DNA of 64,000 bases from a virus, in IMG/VR virus record IMGVR_UViG_3300022890_000011, positions 64,001 to 128,000 of that record; one strand, written 5' to 3'. Positions 21,537 through 32,188 of the stretch are shown here, piece by piece. The stretch's first letter is position 1, and each line of letters opens with the position of its first letter. The notes under the pieces were generated by a model. It made no database searches, was not told the DNA's origin, and was given only the letters and a program-made list of their open reading frames with translations. Position numbers and translations under genes: made by a program.

Positions 21537-21962
21537 ATGAAATCATATGAAAAATATATAGAATTTAATAAAAAGATTGAATCTTTAAAAAGTGAAATGT
21601 GTATTGAACTTTATAATGAGTTATTAAAAATGAAAAAGTTTGGTGTTAAACCAGAGAGTAATAGTCAAGGTTTAGATCTTATAATACCTTTTAAAGTTAA
21701 AATTTATGATAATGATTATAATGGATTTGGTATTTATTATCACAGGGTACAAGGTAGAGAAAATATTAGTATATATGTTGGTATTGTAGATGATATTGAT
21801 AATTTTGGTTGGGAGGGGTTAATTATAACAGTTTCTGTTAAAGGTTATATTCAAGGAGATTTGATTGAAAATGAACAAAATAAACAATTTAAAATAATAT
21901 TTAAGTTTTTAATGGAAGATGCTCTGCCATATTTAGAGTCAAGAAATTTAGGATTAATGTAA
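21537..21962 (+). CDS. Hypothetical protein with KLGL-type tail
   Basis: Starts MKSYEKYIE, ends ESRNLGLM*. Confidence 0.55.
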   Translation: MKSYEKYIEFNKKIESLKSEMCIELYNELLKMKKFGVKPESNSQGLDLIIPFKVKIYDNDYNGFGIYYHRVQGRENISIYVGIVDDIDNFGWEGLIITVSVKGYIQGDLIENEQNKQFKIIFKFLMEDALPYLESRNLGLM

Positions 21963-22502
21963 ATGAAGTATTTAAAAACATATTCAGAAAATCAATTAAT
22001 TAAAGACCATTTAAGTGATAATGGTAAAACATTAGATTTATCTAATTTAGATTTAACTGAATTACCTGAATTACCTGAAGGATTAGAAAGATTATATTGT
22101 GGTAATAACCAATTACCTGAATTACCTGAATTACTTAAAGAATTAAAAGTATTATATTGTTATAATAACCAATTAACTAAATTACCTGAATTACCTGAAG
22201 GATTAGAAAGATTATATTGTTATTATAACCAATTAACTAAATTACCTGAATTACCTAAAGGATTAAAAAGATTATATTGTTATTATAACCAATTAACTAA
22301 ATTACCTGAATTACCTAAAGGGTTAGAAGTATTATCTTGTTATTATAACCAATTAACTAAATTACCTGAATTACCTAAAGGGTTAAAAATATTAGATTGT
22401 GATTATAACCAATTAACATATAAAGATTTAGATGGTTATTGGAAATGGTTTTGGAAAGAAAATCCAGACCTTCATAATGCAAATAAAATGGGATTATATT
22501 AA
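21963..22502 (+). CDS. Leucine-rich repeat protein (20-aa bacterial LPX, IpaH/YopM-type)
   Basis: Tandem LxxLxCxxNQLTKLPELPxG repeats; MKYLKTY start; NKMGLY end. Confidence 0.9.
   Translation: MKYLKTYSENQLIKDHLSDNGKTLDLSNLDLTELPELPEGLERLYCGNNQLPELPELLKELKVLYCYNNQLTKLPELPEGLERLYCYYNQLTKLPELPKGLKRLYCYYNQLTKLPELPKGLEVLSCYYNQLTKLPELPKGLKILDCDYNQLTYKDLDGYWKWFWKENPDLHNANKMGLY
22051..22420 (+). repeat. 60-bp coding tandem repeat (about 6 copies)
   Basis: Near-identical units tattataaccaattaactaaattacctgaattacctaaagg... Confidence 0.9.
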
Positions 22503-22901
22503 ATGAAGTATTTAAAAACATATGAAGAGTTGTTATATGTAAATTATAAGTATGTTATAGTTTGTAAAAATGAAAAAGAATTTGTTGATGTTCAAAAATA
22601 TATTAAAAAGAATGTACCACAGATAAAATTCAATTTTCAAAAATCTTATTATGATGTTAAAAATGATTTTATTAGTAGTTCAGATTTTAGTAGTAACAGA
22701 ACAATAGATGAAGTTTATCCTAATTTGAAAGATGAAAACTCACCTATTTTTCTTTATATTTTACCAGATTTAGAAATTATTACAGGTGATATTGATAAGT
22801 GGATTGAATATTATGATAAAAAAGGAATACCAGTTATAAAAGGCAATGATATTGAACAATTATCAGTATTTATAGAATCAAAAAAATTAGGACTAATGTA
22901 A
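22503..22901 (+). CDS. Hypothetical protein with both terminal tags
   Basis: Starts MKYLKTYEE, ends ESKKLGLM*; followed by a 9-codon stub MKYLKTYED* (22901..22930). Confidence 0.6.
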   Translation: MKYLKTYEELLYVNYKYVIVCKNEKEFVDVQKYIKKNVPQIKFNFQKSYYDVKNDFISSSDFSSNRTIDEVYPNLKDENSPIFLYILPDLEIITGDIDKWIEYYDKKGIPVIKGNDIEQLSVFIESKKLGLM

Positions 22902-22926
22902 TGAAGTATTTAAAAACATATGAAGA

Positions 22927-23117
22927 TTAAATTAAACCTTTCTTTTTCAATTTTTTAATTTTACCTTTAATTTTACTATTTCCAATATTTAATAATTTTG
23001 AACAATAATCAACACCTTTTAAATAATTGTCTGTTAAAATTATTTCTTCTTCTTTTGTCCATTTATGGTTTTTATTTTCACTCAAAACGTGTATTTTTTT
23101 GTAAATTGATCTTTCAT
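22927..23117 (-). pseudogene. Myb/homeodomain-like HTH remnant, probably a decayed homing-endonuclease N-terminus
   Basis: KWTKEEEIILTDNY...KLLN...KIKKLKKKGLI*; joins the ATG at 23117 if the A7 run were A8. Confidence 0.45.
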
Positions 23118-23118
23118 A

Positions 23119-23292
23119 TTATAATTTTATTTTAGAAATATCTAATTCACATTTTTTAAAATATTCAAATAAAGCAAATTCAATATATCTTGATCTATTT
23201 GTGGTATTTTCTTCTAATTTAGAATGAATTTCTGGAGAAATTGAAATAGAAATTCTTATTCTTTTATTTTTATTGTTTTTTAACCTTTTCAT
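23119..23292 (-). CDS. Ribbon-helix-helix (CopG-like) protein
   Basis: RISISISPEIHSKLEE..NRSRYIEFAL; likely start 23292. Confidence 0.7.
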   Translation of the reverse strand: MKRLKNNKNKRIRISISISPEIHSKLEENTTNRSRYIEFALFEYFKKCELDISKIKL

Positions 23293-23379
23293 ATTGTATA
23301 TATATAAAAATATAAAAGTCATAAAATGACATTTTTTCATCAACATTTTAATTAATTTAAAATAAATAAAATTATAATT

Positions 23380-23556
23380 ATGCCAAGAAATAAAATGAAA
23401 CCGGAAGAAAAAAAAATTAGTTTTGGTATTACACTTGACCCTTTAATTGTTAAATTGTTAAATGAACAATCAGAACTGGAAGGAAAATCTAAATCAAAAT
23501 TAATAGAAGATGTCGTTAAAGAACATTTTAAAAATATAAATTTAGAAGATGACTAA
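23380..23556 (+). CDS. Ribbon-helix-helix protein (58 aa, not in ORF track)
   Basis: MPRNKMKPEEKKISFGITLDPLIVKLLNE...SKSKLIEDVVKEH; overlaps the start of the Mre11-Rad50 gene. Confidence 0.7.
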   Translation: MPRNKMKPEEKKISFGITLDPLIVKLLNEQSELEGKSKSKLIEDVVKEHFKNINLEDD

Positions 23557-26500
23557 AATAGTACATTTAGCAGATATACATATCGTAAATAATCCACATG
23601 AACATTTTAAATATAGAGAACAATTTAAAAAATTATATGATGAACTTGATAAAATTAAACCAACTAAGATAGTTTTAGTTGGTGATACATTAGATAATTT
23701 TATTGAAATATCTCTAGAAGCAGAATTATTAACTTCAGAATTTTTGAACAAATTATCTACATATTGTGAAGTTATTGTTGTATTAGGCAATCATGAAATT
23801 AGGAAAAAAGATTTATCTAGAAAATCTTCAATAGGTTCTATTATTAAGATGATAAATAATAAAAATATTACATTTTTTGAAAAATCTGGTTTTTATGATG
23901 ATTCAACTGAAGATATAGTATGGGTAAATTATTCACATCTTGAAAAAACAATAATCCCTTGGAAAGATATTAAACACAACAAAACAAATAAAACATATAT
24001 TGGGTTATATCATGATCCTATTTATGGTTGTAAATTACCAAGTGGTTTAAGTATGAATAAAAAAAAGTTGCCTAAATTTGAAGATTTTTCCAATAATGAT
24101 TTAAATTTGTTTGGTGATATACATTTGCGTCAATTTTTTGATGATAAATGTGCTTTTTGTGGATCTTTCATGCAATTGAATTTTGGTGAAAAAGTAGAAA
24201 ATCATGGGTTTTTGTTATGGGAAATTGACAATGGTGAAATATCAGTTAAAGAATATAATTTGGAAAATGAATACAATTTTATAAATTTGTGTGTTGGAAG
24301 TGGCGTGAATTATGATAATTTAAATATATTAACAAAACATGCGAAAAAACATTCAAAATTCAAGGTACATTGGAAAGAATTAAGTTCTCAAATTAATCTT
24401 GAAAATGAGGTTAAAATAAGAAATTATATAGGTTCTAAATATAATATAGATCCAAATAAAATTAAGATTGATAAAGAATTTTTATATACATCAATAATAG
24501 AATCACAAATGCTAAGTGAAAGTGTTGACATAACAGATAAAACTATTCAACATGAAATTTTTAATGAATATCTCGAAAATAAAGGATATAGTGAAGAACA
24601 AATTAAACAAATATTAGAAATAGATGATATTGTTGATGAAAGGTTAGAATTAAAACCTATTTTAAATAACATTAATTATTCACTTGATGAATTATGGATA
24701 GATAATTTTAAGTCATATGGTTTAAAAAATAATTTACCATGGAAAGACAGTAATGGAGTTATTCAAATAACAGGAGAAAATCAACAAGGAAAAACAACAA
24801 TAATTGATGCAATAACATATTTATTTTTTGGAACTACAATGGCCACAAATATTTTAGGTGGTGGTAAAAAAGAAAAATTTGGAGATCAAAGATATATTAA
24901 TAATAAAAACAAACATGATTATTGCAAAGTTGATGGTAAAATAACAATTGATGGTGAAACATTAACATTAAAAAGAAGAACTGATAGACAATGGACAAAA
25001 AATAATACAGTTAAGGCTTGTCCTACAATTTTCACTATTTTAAATGATCAAGGATTGCCTTTAAATGAAGAAACAAGAGCTAAAACCCAGAGAAAACTTG
25101 ATTCTATATTGGGTACATTTGATGATTTTGTTAGAATGATTTTAACAAATGCTGATAATTTAAATGCTTTGTTATCTTTGAACAGGTCTATTTTTATAGA
25201 TTCTTTAATTAAAGATGCAGGTTATGATGTATTTGATAAGAAATTAAAAGAGTTTAAATCTTATAAAAAAGAAGAGGAAGAGTCTGAAGAAACTATTAAT
25301 ATAAATATTATTGATGTTGAATCAGATATTAAAGAATCTGAAGAAGAAATATCAGATTATGAAGATTTAAATACAACTAATTTGGATAAAATAGAAATTA
25401 TAGATATAAAACTTAAAACTTCATTTAATGAAAGAGACGAAGAAATTAAGAAATTACATAAGATTGATGCTGAAATTGTAGAGTTAGATATTGATGAGTT
25501 AAATCAAAGACTTGAACAATATAAAGAAGCAATTATAACTAATCAAAATAAACAAACTAAAAATTCTGAATATATGAAGAATCTAAAACAAGAGTTTGAT
25601 GAAGATAAGTTAAAATCTTTGTATAAAGAAGTTCAAAATATAGATAAATCCGTGATGGATATTCAGTTATCTATCAAAGATACAGATAATAAAATATCAA
25701 AAGAAAATCAAGTTATTGATAAAGTAGATGATAAAATTGATAATATGAAAGATAAAGAGATTGATAGAAAGAGATCTTTGATTGATGATATTAATGATAA
25801 AATAAATAATTTAGATTCACTATATCAAAAAGCGGTTGACGATAAGGTTAAAGATGTTGAAAAAGAAGTTAATAGTATTAATAGTGAAATTAAATTAACT
25901 AAGTCTGAATTAAAACATATTAGAGAAACAGGTATTGGTAAGAAGAAAGAGATTTCTAAATTAGAAAAAGAAATTGAAGATTTAGAAGATAGTAAAGTTT
26001 GTCCTACATGTAATAGAGAGTGGGATGATGAAGATAAACAGAAACATATTAGAAATTGGGTAGATAAATATAGAGATAATATAAAAATTTTAGATCAAGA
26101 AATTCAGGGTTTATTTGATAAAGTTAAACCAGAACAAAGTAAATTAATGACATTAAAAAGTTTGATGTTAGAGAAAGAGGAAAAAGTTTTTGATTTAAAG
26201 AATGATATTATAAGTGGATTCAGTGATTTAGAGATATTAAAGGAAGATCATTTAAAGAAGAAAGAGGAATTAGTGGATAATATAACTTCTATTGAGGTTA
26301 TAATTAATGAGATTAAGGATGGTGATTATAAGAATGTCAAAATTCTAGAAGAAAATATACTTAAGGGTTTAACAGTAAAAGAAAATTCTTTAAAACAAAT
26401 TAGAATTTTTCAATTAGAAAATAAAGAAAAAGTACAGCTAATTAAGGATAAAAAATCTGAGATTGAAACTGTCGAAATGGATATAAATCTCTTAGAGAAA

Positions 26501-27295
26501 GAGCAAGAACAAGTTAAGAAATGGCAAGTTCTTTTTAATGATAATGAAAAACTTAAATTAGAGATTGATAAATACAGACTTACTATTGAGAAATTTAATG
26601 AGAAGTTCAAAAGATATAATGAGCATCTTAATTATATTGAAGACAATAAGAAGATTGAGTTATTGATTTCTGATATTGAATTTTCTATATCTGATAATGA
26701 AGATCGTAAAAAATTATTAACAGATAAGATTTCTAATAATAGTATTGAAATTAATATTTATAAAAAAGAAATAGAGAAAAATCTTAAAAAAATTGAAATA
26801 TTTAAAGAACAAGAAAGGAGAAAATCTTTATGGAAAGAATATGAAACACTTGTTCACAGAGACGGATTACCAAGTTACTTACTCAAAAAGTCAATACATT
26901 TAATAAATCATAAATTGAGTGAAATGTTAGGTGGTGTTGATTTTGATGTTTATTTTAACGAAGATTTAAATCTTAGAATGTTTATGAAATCTAGTCCAGA
27001 TGTAGAGCAAAATGCAATTGAAAGTTCAGGTAAGGAGCGAGTTTTTATCGCTGTTGCGTTAAAATCAGCATTAAGACACATAAATAATAGAAGTAAAATT
27101 AATATGTTGTTATTGGATGAGATTATGGGAAAATTATTGAATAAATCTGTTGATGAATTTAGAAATTTACTATTGAATCTAAAAAATGATATCGACAAGA
27201 TAGTTATCATAGAACATATACATCCAATACAACCTGATTATATCATTGATGTAATTAAAAATGAAGATGGAATTAGTTCATTTAATTTAAGTTAA
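23549..27295 (+). CDS. Mre11/SbcD nuclease - Rad50/SbcC ATPase fusion (T4 gp47/gp46-like)
   Basis: Phosphoesterase DIH, GD, GNHE, GDIH; Walker A GENQQGKT; long coiled coil with CPTC zinc hook; signature SSGKE; Walker B LLLDE; IEH. Confidence 0.93.
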   Translation: MTKIVHLADIHIVNNPHEHFKYREQFKKLYDELDKIKPTKIVLVGDTLDNFIEISLEAELLTSEFLNKLSTYCEVIVVLGNHEIRKKDLSRKSSIGSIIKMINNKNITFFEKSGFYDDSTEDIVWVNYSHLEKTIIPWKDIKHNKTNKTYIGLYHDPIYGCKLPSGLSMNKKKLPKFEDFSNNDLNLFGDIHLRQFFDDKCAFCGSFMQLNFGEKVENHGFLLWEIDNGEISVKEYNLENEYNFINLCVGSGVNYDNLNILTKHAKKHSKFKVHWKELSSQINLENEVKIRNYIGSKYNIDPNKIKIDKEFLYTSIIESQMLSESVDITDKTIQHEIFNEYLENKGYSEEQIKQILEIDDIVDERLELKPILNNINYSLDELWIDNFKSYGLKNNLPWKDSNGVIQITGENQQGKTTIIDAITYLFFGTTMATNILGGGKKEKFGDQRYINNKNKHDYCKVDGKITIDGETLTLKRRTDRQWTKNNTVKACPTIFTILNDQGLPLNEETRAKTQRKLDSILGTFDDFVRMILTNADNLNALLSLNRSIFIDSLIKDAGYDVFDKKLKEFKSYKKEEEESEETININIIDVESDIKESEEEISDYEDLNTTNLDKIEIIDIKLKTSFNERDEEIKKLHKIDAEIVELDIDELNQRLEQYKEAIITNQNKQTKNSEYMKNLKQEFDEDKLKSLYKEVQNIDKSVMDIQLSIKDTDNKISKENQVIDKVDDKIDNMKDKEIDRKRSLIDDINDKINNLDSLYQKAVDDKVKDVEKEVNSINSEIKLTKSELKHIRETGIGKKKEISKLEKEIEDLEDSKVCPTCNREWDDEDKQKHIRNWVDKYRDNIKILDQEIQGLFDKVKPEQSKLMTLKSLMLEKEEKVFDLKNDIISGFSDLEILKEDHLKKKEELVDNITSIEVIINEIKDGDYKNVKILEENILKGLTVKENSLKQIRIFQLENKEKVQLIKDKKSEIETVEMDINLLEKEQEQVKKWQVLFNDNEKLKLEIDKYRLTIEKFNEKFKRYNEHLNYIEDNKKIELLISDIEFSISDNEDRKKLLTDKISNNSIEINIYKKEIEKNLKKIEIFKEQERRKSLWKEYETLVHRDGLPSYLLKKSIHLINHKLSEMLGGVDFDVYFNEDLNLRMFMKSSPDVEQNAIESSGKERVFIAVALKSALRHINNRSKINMLLLDEIMGKLLNKSVDEFRNLLLNLKNDIDKIVIIEHIHPIQPDYIIDVIKNEDGISSFNLS

Positions 27296-27516
27296 AATCT
27301 TTTTCACTTTTATAGTTTTTAGTACTGTTTAAAGTTTTTTTAGTTATACACAAATTATTTATTCCACCTATTATAATTGGTAGAATGTTATATTTTCATA
27401 CTTATATATATTAAAAATAAAAACCAAAAAGTATAAAATTAGTATAAAAATTGAAAAAATACTTAATTTAAACATTAATTAAATAATTATATATAATATA
27501 AAATGAAATTATATTC

Positions 27517-27699
27517 ATGAGGAAGAAGATCCCAGATGAGAAAAAGAAGAAAAAAACTGCTGTTTCTATTGACAAGGAATTATCAATTATTTTAATAGAT
27601 TTTTTAAAAGATAAGAATTTAAAAAGATCTAAATATATAGAAAATCTTATCAGAAATGATATGGAAAAACGAGGCAAGGGAATAGAAAGGGAATTCTAA
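27517..27699 (+). CDS. Ribbon-helix-helix protein
   Basis: KTAVSIDKEL...KRSKYIENLIRND; close paralog of 57284..57466. Confidence 0.7.
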   Translation: MRKKIPDEKKKKKTAVSIDKELSIILIDFLKDKNLKRSKYIENLIRNDMEKRGKGIEREF

Positions 27700-27721
27700 C
27701 ATTTACATTTACATTTGGATA

Positions 27722-30700
27722 ATGGAAGTATATAACGTAAAATATTATAAGAGTGGAATTTATGAAGGTATATACACTTTAAAAATAGAAGAAGAAGTTG
27801 TGTCTGGTCTTTTAATAGGCAATCATCAAGTAACACCAAGTGAAATAAAACATAAATTTACATTAATTAAAGATGATAATTTAATAGATGAATATTTAGA
27901 TCAATGGGAATCAAACTACATTTTTAAAAATGACCGAAGTAATAGAGATATTAGATTTGAGAATCAATTTTTAGAAGTTGAATTGACAAGACCTATTTTA
28001 AAATCTATTTGTGAAGATGTTGATAACGGTGTTTATGAATATGAATATCAACAAGATTATTACTCAATGAATTTTGATGTTGATAAATATCAAAAGTATC
28101 TTATTAGAAAAGAAAGAAAAAATAAATTAGATAGAATACGTGAATCCGATAAATAATTTTATTATGAGTCTTAATATTAAAGAAAAATATAATGATATTT
28201 ATAAGTTGATTTTAGAATATGATTTGAATATTTTATTAAAACCAAATAATTCAAATATTGAATTTGTTATTGAATATGATGGTTATCAAATAGAGATAAA
28301 ACAAGGTATAACTGAAAAAGAATTTCAAAAGAAAATTATAAAGTTTCTTAGAAAGATTAAAATGAAGAGGTTGAAAAGTGAATAGAGAGTTTTTAAATGA
28401 TAATAAACAATTAATCAGAGAATATTTGTGTGATTTATGTACTTGTGATGTTGATGTTATTGAATTTTTTTTATATCCTGAAGATGGTAGGTGGAGAGTT
28501 ATGTATATGAATATTGAACTTGATTATTTTAATTATGATAGGATAAAATTAAATGAAAATGATGTTATTAAATATATTAGGAAACGTAAAATAGAGAGGG
28601 TAAAAGACAATGATAACAAATGAACAATATCTTAGTACAAAGTATGGTAAGAAATTAATCGAAATTATTGAAGATGATGATGACTGTTGTGTTTATGTGT
28701 TAGATATAAATGGTATTATCATTGTTCAGAAGTTGGTTTTGTCAGATGAGGATAAAAAAGAGTATTTAAGAATTAGTAGAAAACTAAAATTAGAGAGGGT
28801 AAAAGATGTTTGATTGGAATATAGTTGATGATATGTTAGATCGGTTAGATTTACACATGAGTATTATAAATTTTAATGGTAATGATAATATAGTTTTTCA
28901 GTATAAGGTTGAAAAAATAAGTACTAAAAATATACGGAAATTTAATTCTGATCATGATTTATTAAAATATCTTCAAAGATTAGAACGAAAACTTAAATTA
29001 GATAGAGTTAATGATAAATAGAGAATATTATTTTGATGAATTATGGCCTGAAAAACCTTTGCCATCACCACAAGGAAAAATAATATATCTTGATTATGTA
29101 TATCCTAATTTTAATATAATAGAAATAGAGAAAAACATAATAGAAAGGTTAAATGGAAAACTGGATTGAAGTAAGTGATAGATTAGATACAAAGACGAAA
29201 TATATTTAGTATTGGAGTATGTAGGTAATTCTAGAATAGATGATTTGCCAATTTATAGAATTGGATATAGTAATATTTTGTGTAATACAAATGAATTAAA
29301 TAAATATATTAGATATAATTATGTCAAATCCATTTCTGAGGCTCATACTAACATTACTAGTATTGAGCAAAATGTGATACGTAGATTCACTTTAAATAAT
29401 ATGATTATTAAGATTTATAAATATAATAAAGATGTACTAAATGAAAATTAAGGAAATAACAAAAGAATTGATGACTGAAGCATTTCAAGAAATTCTTAAA
29501 AAATATGATTTAAATGATATTGTAAATGGCGATTTTAAAGAAATGGGATTTGTAATGGATTATCCAGTTAAACTTAATGAAGAAGTTGAAGAGGATGATT
29601 TATATACTATTATAGAGGAAGAAATTATTGAAAAGTTCAAAGATAGATCTGGAATGAAAGAAAAGATTAAAGAAATTAAACGTAAAGAAAGGAAAGATAA
29701 AATTGAGAGACTTAGAAACGAGTAATTTATTAGATATTTATAATTATTGTAAGAGTTATTTGGATGACACATTTTCAGTTTTACAATTAATTAAATCATA
29801 TTGTGTTATTCAAAATAAAGAGTTATTTTTAACAATGAATATTGATGATAATGCATTTGAAAATTTAAGTGAAAAAGTACGATATATTTGTGAGAAGGTT
29901 ATTTCTAAAATTTATCCATCTTTTGATTTAAATCTTATAACTATAAATATAACAAAATCTGATTTTGATTCGATAAATGTTGATTTTGAGTTTAATAAAC
30001 CGGTTCTTAAAGATGCATTATGTAAAGAATTTACATCTAAGGAGTTTATTAGATTAGATAGAAAACGTAAACTTAAAAGAGTTAAATATGGAAGATAATT
30101 TAATATTTGTAGAAGGATATGTTATTAAATATTTACATGATAATATTAATATATTAAGTAATGAGTTAAAAGTACAATTAAATTATTTAGATTCTCAGAA
30201 TTTGAAATATTTTTTTGAGATTATAATTAGTGGTGGTGCTTATTCTTTGCAAGTTAATGAAATGGATTGTAACTTAGAATTTATACCAGATAAAGAATTT
30301 TTAAGATATGTTAGAAAAGAAAAACTAAAAAGAATTAAAGATGCTAGATAAAGATATTATATTATTAATGATTCAATATACTGATAAACAAATTGATGAA
30401 AAATTTAATGAATGTGAAATTGATTTACCAACTGAATCTTTAGAATATAATTATGAAGTTGATTTAGTTAAATCTAAAATAGAGAGATTAAATAGATTAC
30501 AAGAGTCAATTGTAGAAGCTAAAGAAGTATTAAATTATAGATTAACTGAAAATAAATTGACAAATGAATCTATAATTAATTGTTTAGTAGAATGTGAAAG
30601 AATAGACGGTTCTGTTTATTGTAATTATCATTCATTTGATTTTGATGAAAAGAGGTATAATAGAATTATGAGAAAATTAAAATTGAAAAGAGTTAGAGGA

Positions 30701-31153
30701 ATATGAATCAGAAAATAGTTAATAAATTAAATAAAGCTGCTCATAAATTACATCAAAGGTCAATGTACGGTGCAGCTAATCATATTATAGTTAGCGAAGA
30801 ATATATGGAAGTTGTTCAATTGATGTTTGATATTCAAACAATAGAACAAAATATAATAGAAAGATTAAATGATAAGTGGAACAGTGATTAAAAAGTATAA
30901 AGAATTAGGTATTAGGTCTATTATGATTAATGGTAATGATACAATGTTTGTTTATATTGATGATTGGTATTTATTTAAAGATTGGTGTGATTTTCCATTC
31001 ATGGTTATTTCTACTGAAAAAAATTGGAATATGAATTCAATAACCAACAATCCTTGGAGTATTCAAATAGAAGATCCTGAAACTAAATTAAAACTTTTTG
31101 ATAGAAAACTCAGGAAGTTAAAAATAAAAAGAATTAAAAATGAAGAAATTTAA
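27722..31153 (+). CDS. Array of about 13 small unrelated ORFs, 10 ending in an RKxKLxR[VI]-type tail
   Basis: e.g. RKNKLDRI, RKRKIERV, RKLKLERV, RKLKLDRV, RKRKLKRV, RKEKLKRI; overlapping stops and starts. Confidence 0.7.
29011..29169 (+). CDS. 52-aa ORF (not in track) with a major-capsid-like motif
   Basis: PLPSPQGKIIYLDYVY followed by IEKNIIERLN. Confidence 0.5.
   Translation: MINREYYFDELWPEKPLPSPQGKIIYLDYVYPNFNIIEIEKNIIERLNGKLD
30703..30891 (+). CDS. 62-aa ORF with a major-capsid-like motif
   Basis: KLNKAAHKLHQRSMYGAANHIIVSEE followed by IEQNIIERLN. Confidence 0.5.
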   Translation: MNQKIVNKLNKAAHKLHQRSMYGAANHIIVSEEYMEVVQLMFDIQTIEQNIIERLNDKWNSD

Positions 31154-31316
31154 AGTAACAAAAGGCAACGGAGAACCAGTAATCATGGAAGAAACTGAAA
31201 TTTATCCTATGATAGAACAAAGATCATCAGCATTTGCTGGTATGTTAAAAGGATTAAAGGTTGGAGAAGGAGTATATTCTAATGATACAATGACAAATTT
31301 CGAAAGAGTGGAATAA
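31140..31316 (+). CDS. 58-aa hypothetical ORF (not in track)
   Basis: MKKFKVTKGNGEP...FERVE*; fills the gap, coupled at both ends. Confidence 0.5.
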   Translation: MKKFKVTKGNGEPVIMEETEIYPMIEQRSSAFAGMLKGLKVGEGVYSNDTMTNFERVE

Positions 31317-31723
31317 TGAAACAGAATATTGAAATAGGAAATGGTCGAAGTTATCATGTTGACACATTTGACATGGTGGCTGATCCTTCTTTTAAAAATT
31401 CTACTTTAGGAGAAATTGAACATCCTGTACTATCATATACAGAACATTTAGCAAATTGTATTGAAACTAATATTTCATATAATGAGTATATCGTAGAACG
31501 AACGAAAATTAATATACCATATAAAGATAAACAAATATGGAAACCGTTGATTGAAGATTATGTTGATAAACCGTGTTCTTCTTTTTGTCAAGAAAAATTT
31601 TTCAAACAACCAATTAATTTCATTAAAAGTTTTTTTGTTAAAGAAAAAGTTGATTTTTCAATTAAAGATATTAGAAATAATGTTGAAAGAAATAGAAAAG
31701 AAATAAAAAACTTAGAATTATAA
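31316..31723 (+). CDS. Hypothetical protein with prohead-protease-like motifs
   Basis: TFDMVADPSF and LGEIEHP, then SYTEHLA...ISYNEYI. Confidence 0.45.
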   Translation: MKQNIEIGNGRSYHVDTFDMVADPSFKNSTLGEIEHPVLSYTEHLANCIETNISYNEYIVERTKINIPYKDKQIWKPLIEDYVDKPCSSFCQEKFFKQPINFIKSFFVKEKVDFSIKDIRNNVERNRKEIKNLEL

Positions 31724-32118
31724 TGGATAAGAATATTGAAGATTTACAAAAGAAATTAGAACAGTTCGGTATGTTATCTGAACCTAAAATAGAACACAAA
31801 GAAGAAAATATTCCACTTGAAAAAAAGTATATTTTTGCTGATGATAAAAATGCAATAATAGTTTCTTCTTCTAAGAAAGAATTTTTTAGAATTACCAATG
31901 AAGGTGAATTTATAGTTAATGGTGAAAAAATTGATGTAGATAAAGAATTTATACAATCTTTCACAATTGTATTAGAAGAGTTATTAGGAGAATCTCATGG
32001 TGAAATGATGAAAAGAGTTCGCAGAGAAGCAAGACAGGATGTTATTAAAGATTTAGAAAGATTATATGAGGATATAGATGAAATATTAATTAAAGAATTA
32101 ATTGAAAAATGGAAATAG
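31723..32118 (+). CDS. Hypothetical protein
   Basis: EFFRITNEGEFIVNGEKI. Confidence 0.5.
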   Translation: MDKNIEDLQKKLEQFGMLSEPKIEHKEENIPLEKKYIFADDKNAIIVSSSKKEFFRITNEGEFIVNGEKIDVDKEFIQSFTIVLEELLGESHGEMMKRVRREARQDVIKDLERLYEDIDEILIKELIEKWK

Positions 32119-32188
32119 AAAAATTTTTTATATTTTAAAATTTTTGTATTTTGAAGAAAATAGATTTTTAATTTAAAATTATAGAAAA

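Noticed and set aside
22051-22420. CRISPR array
   Set aside because: The repeats are contiguous 60-bp in-frame LRR units with no unique spacers; the same holds for 15610-16275. No cas genes are present.
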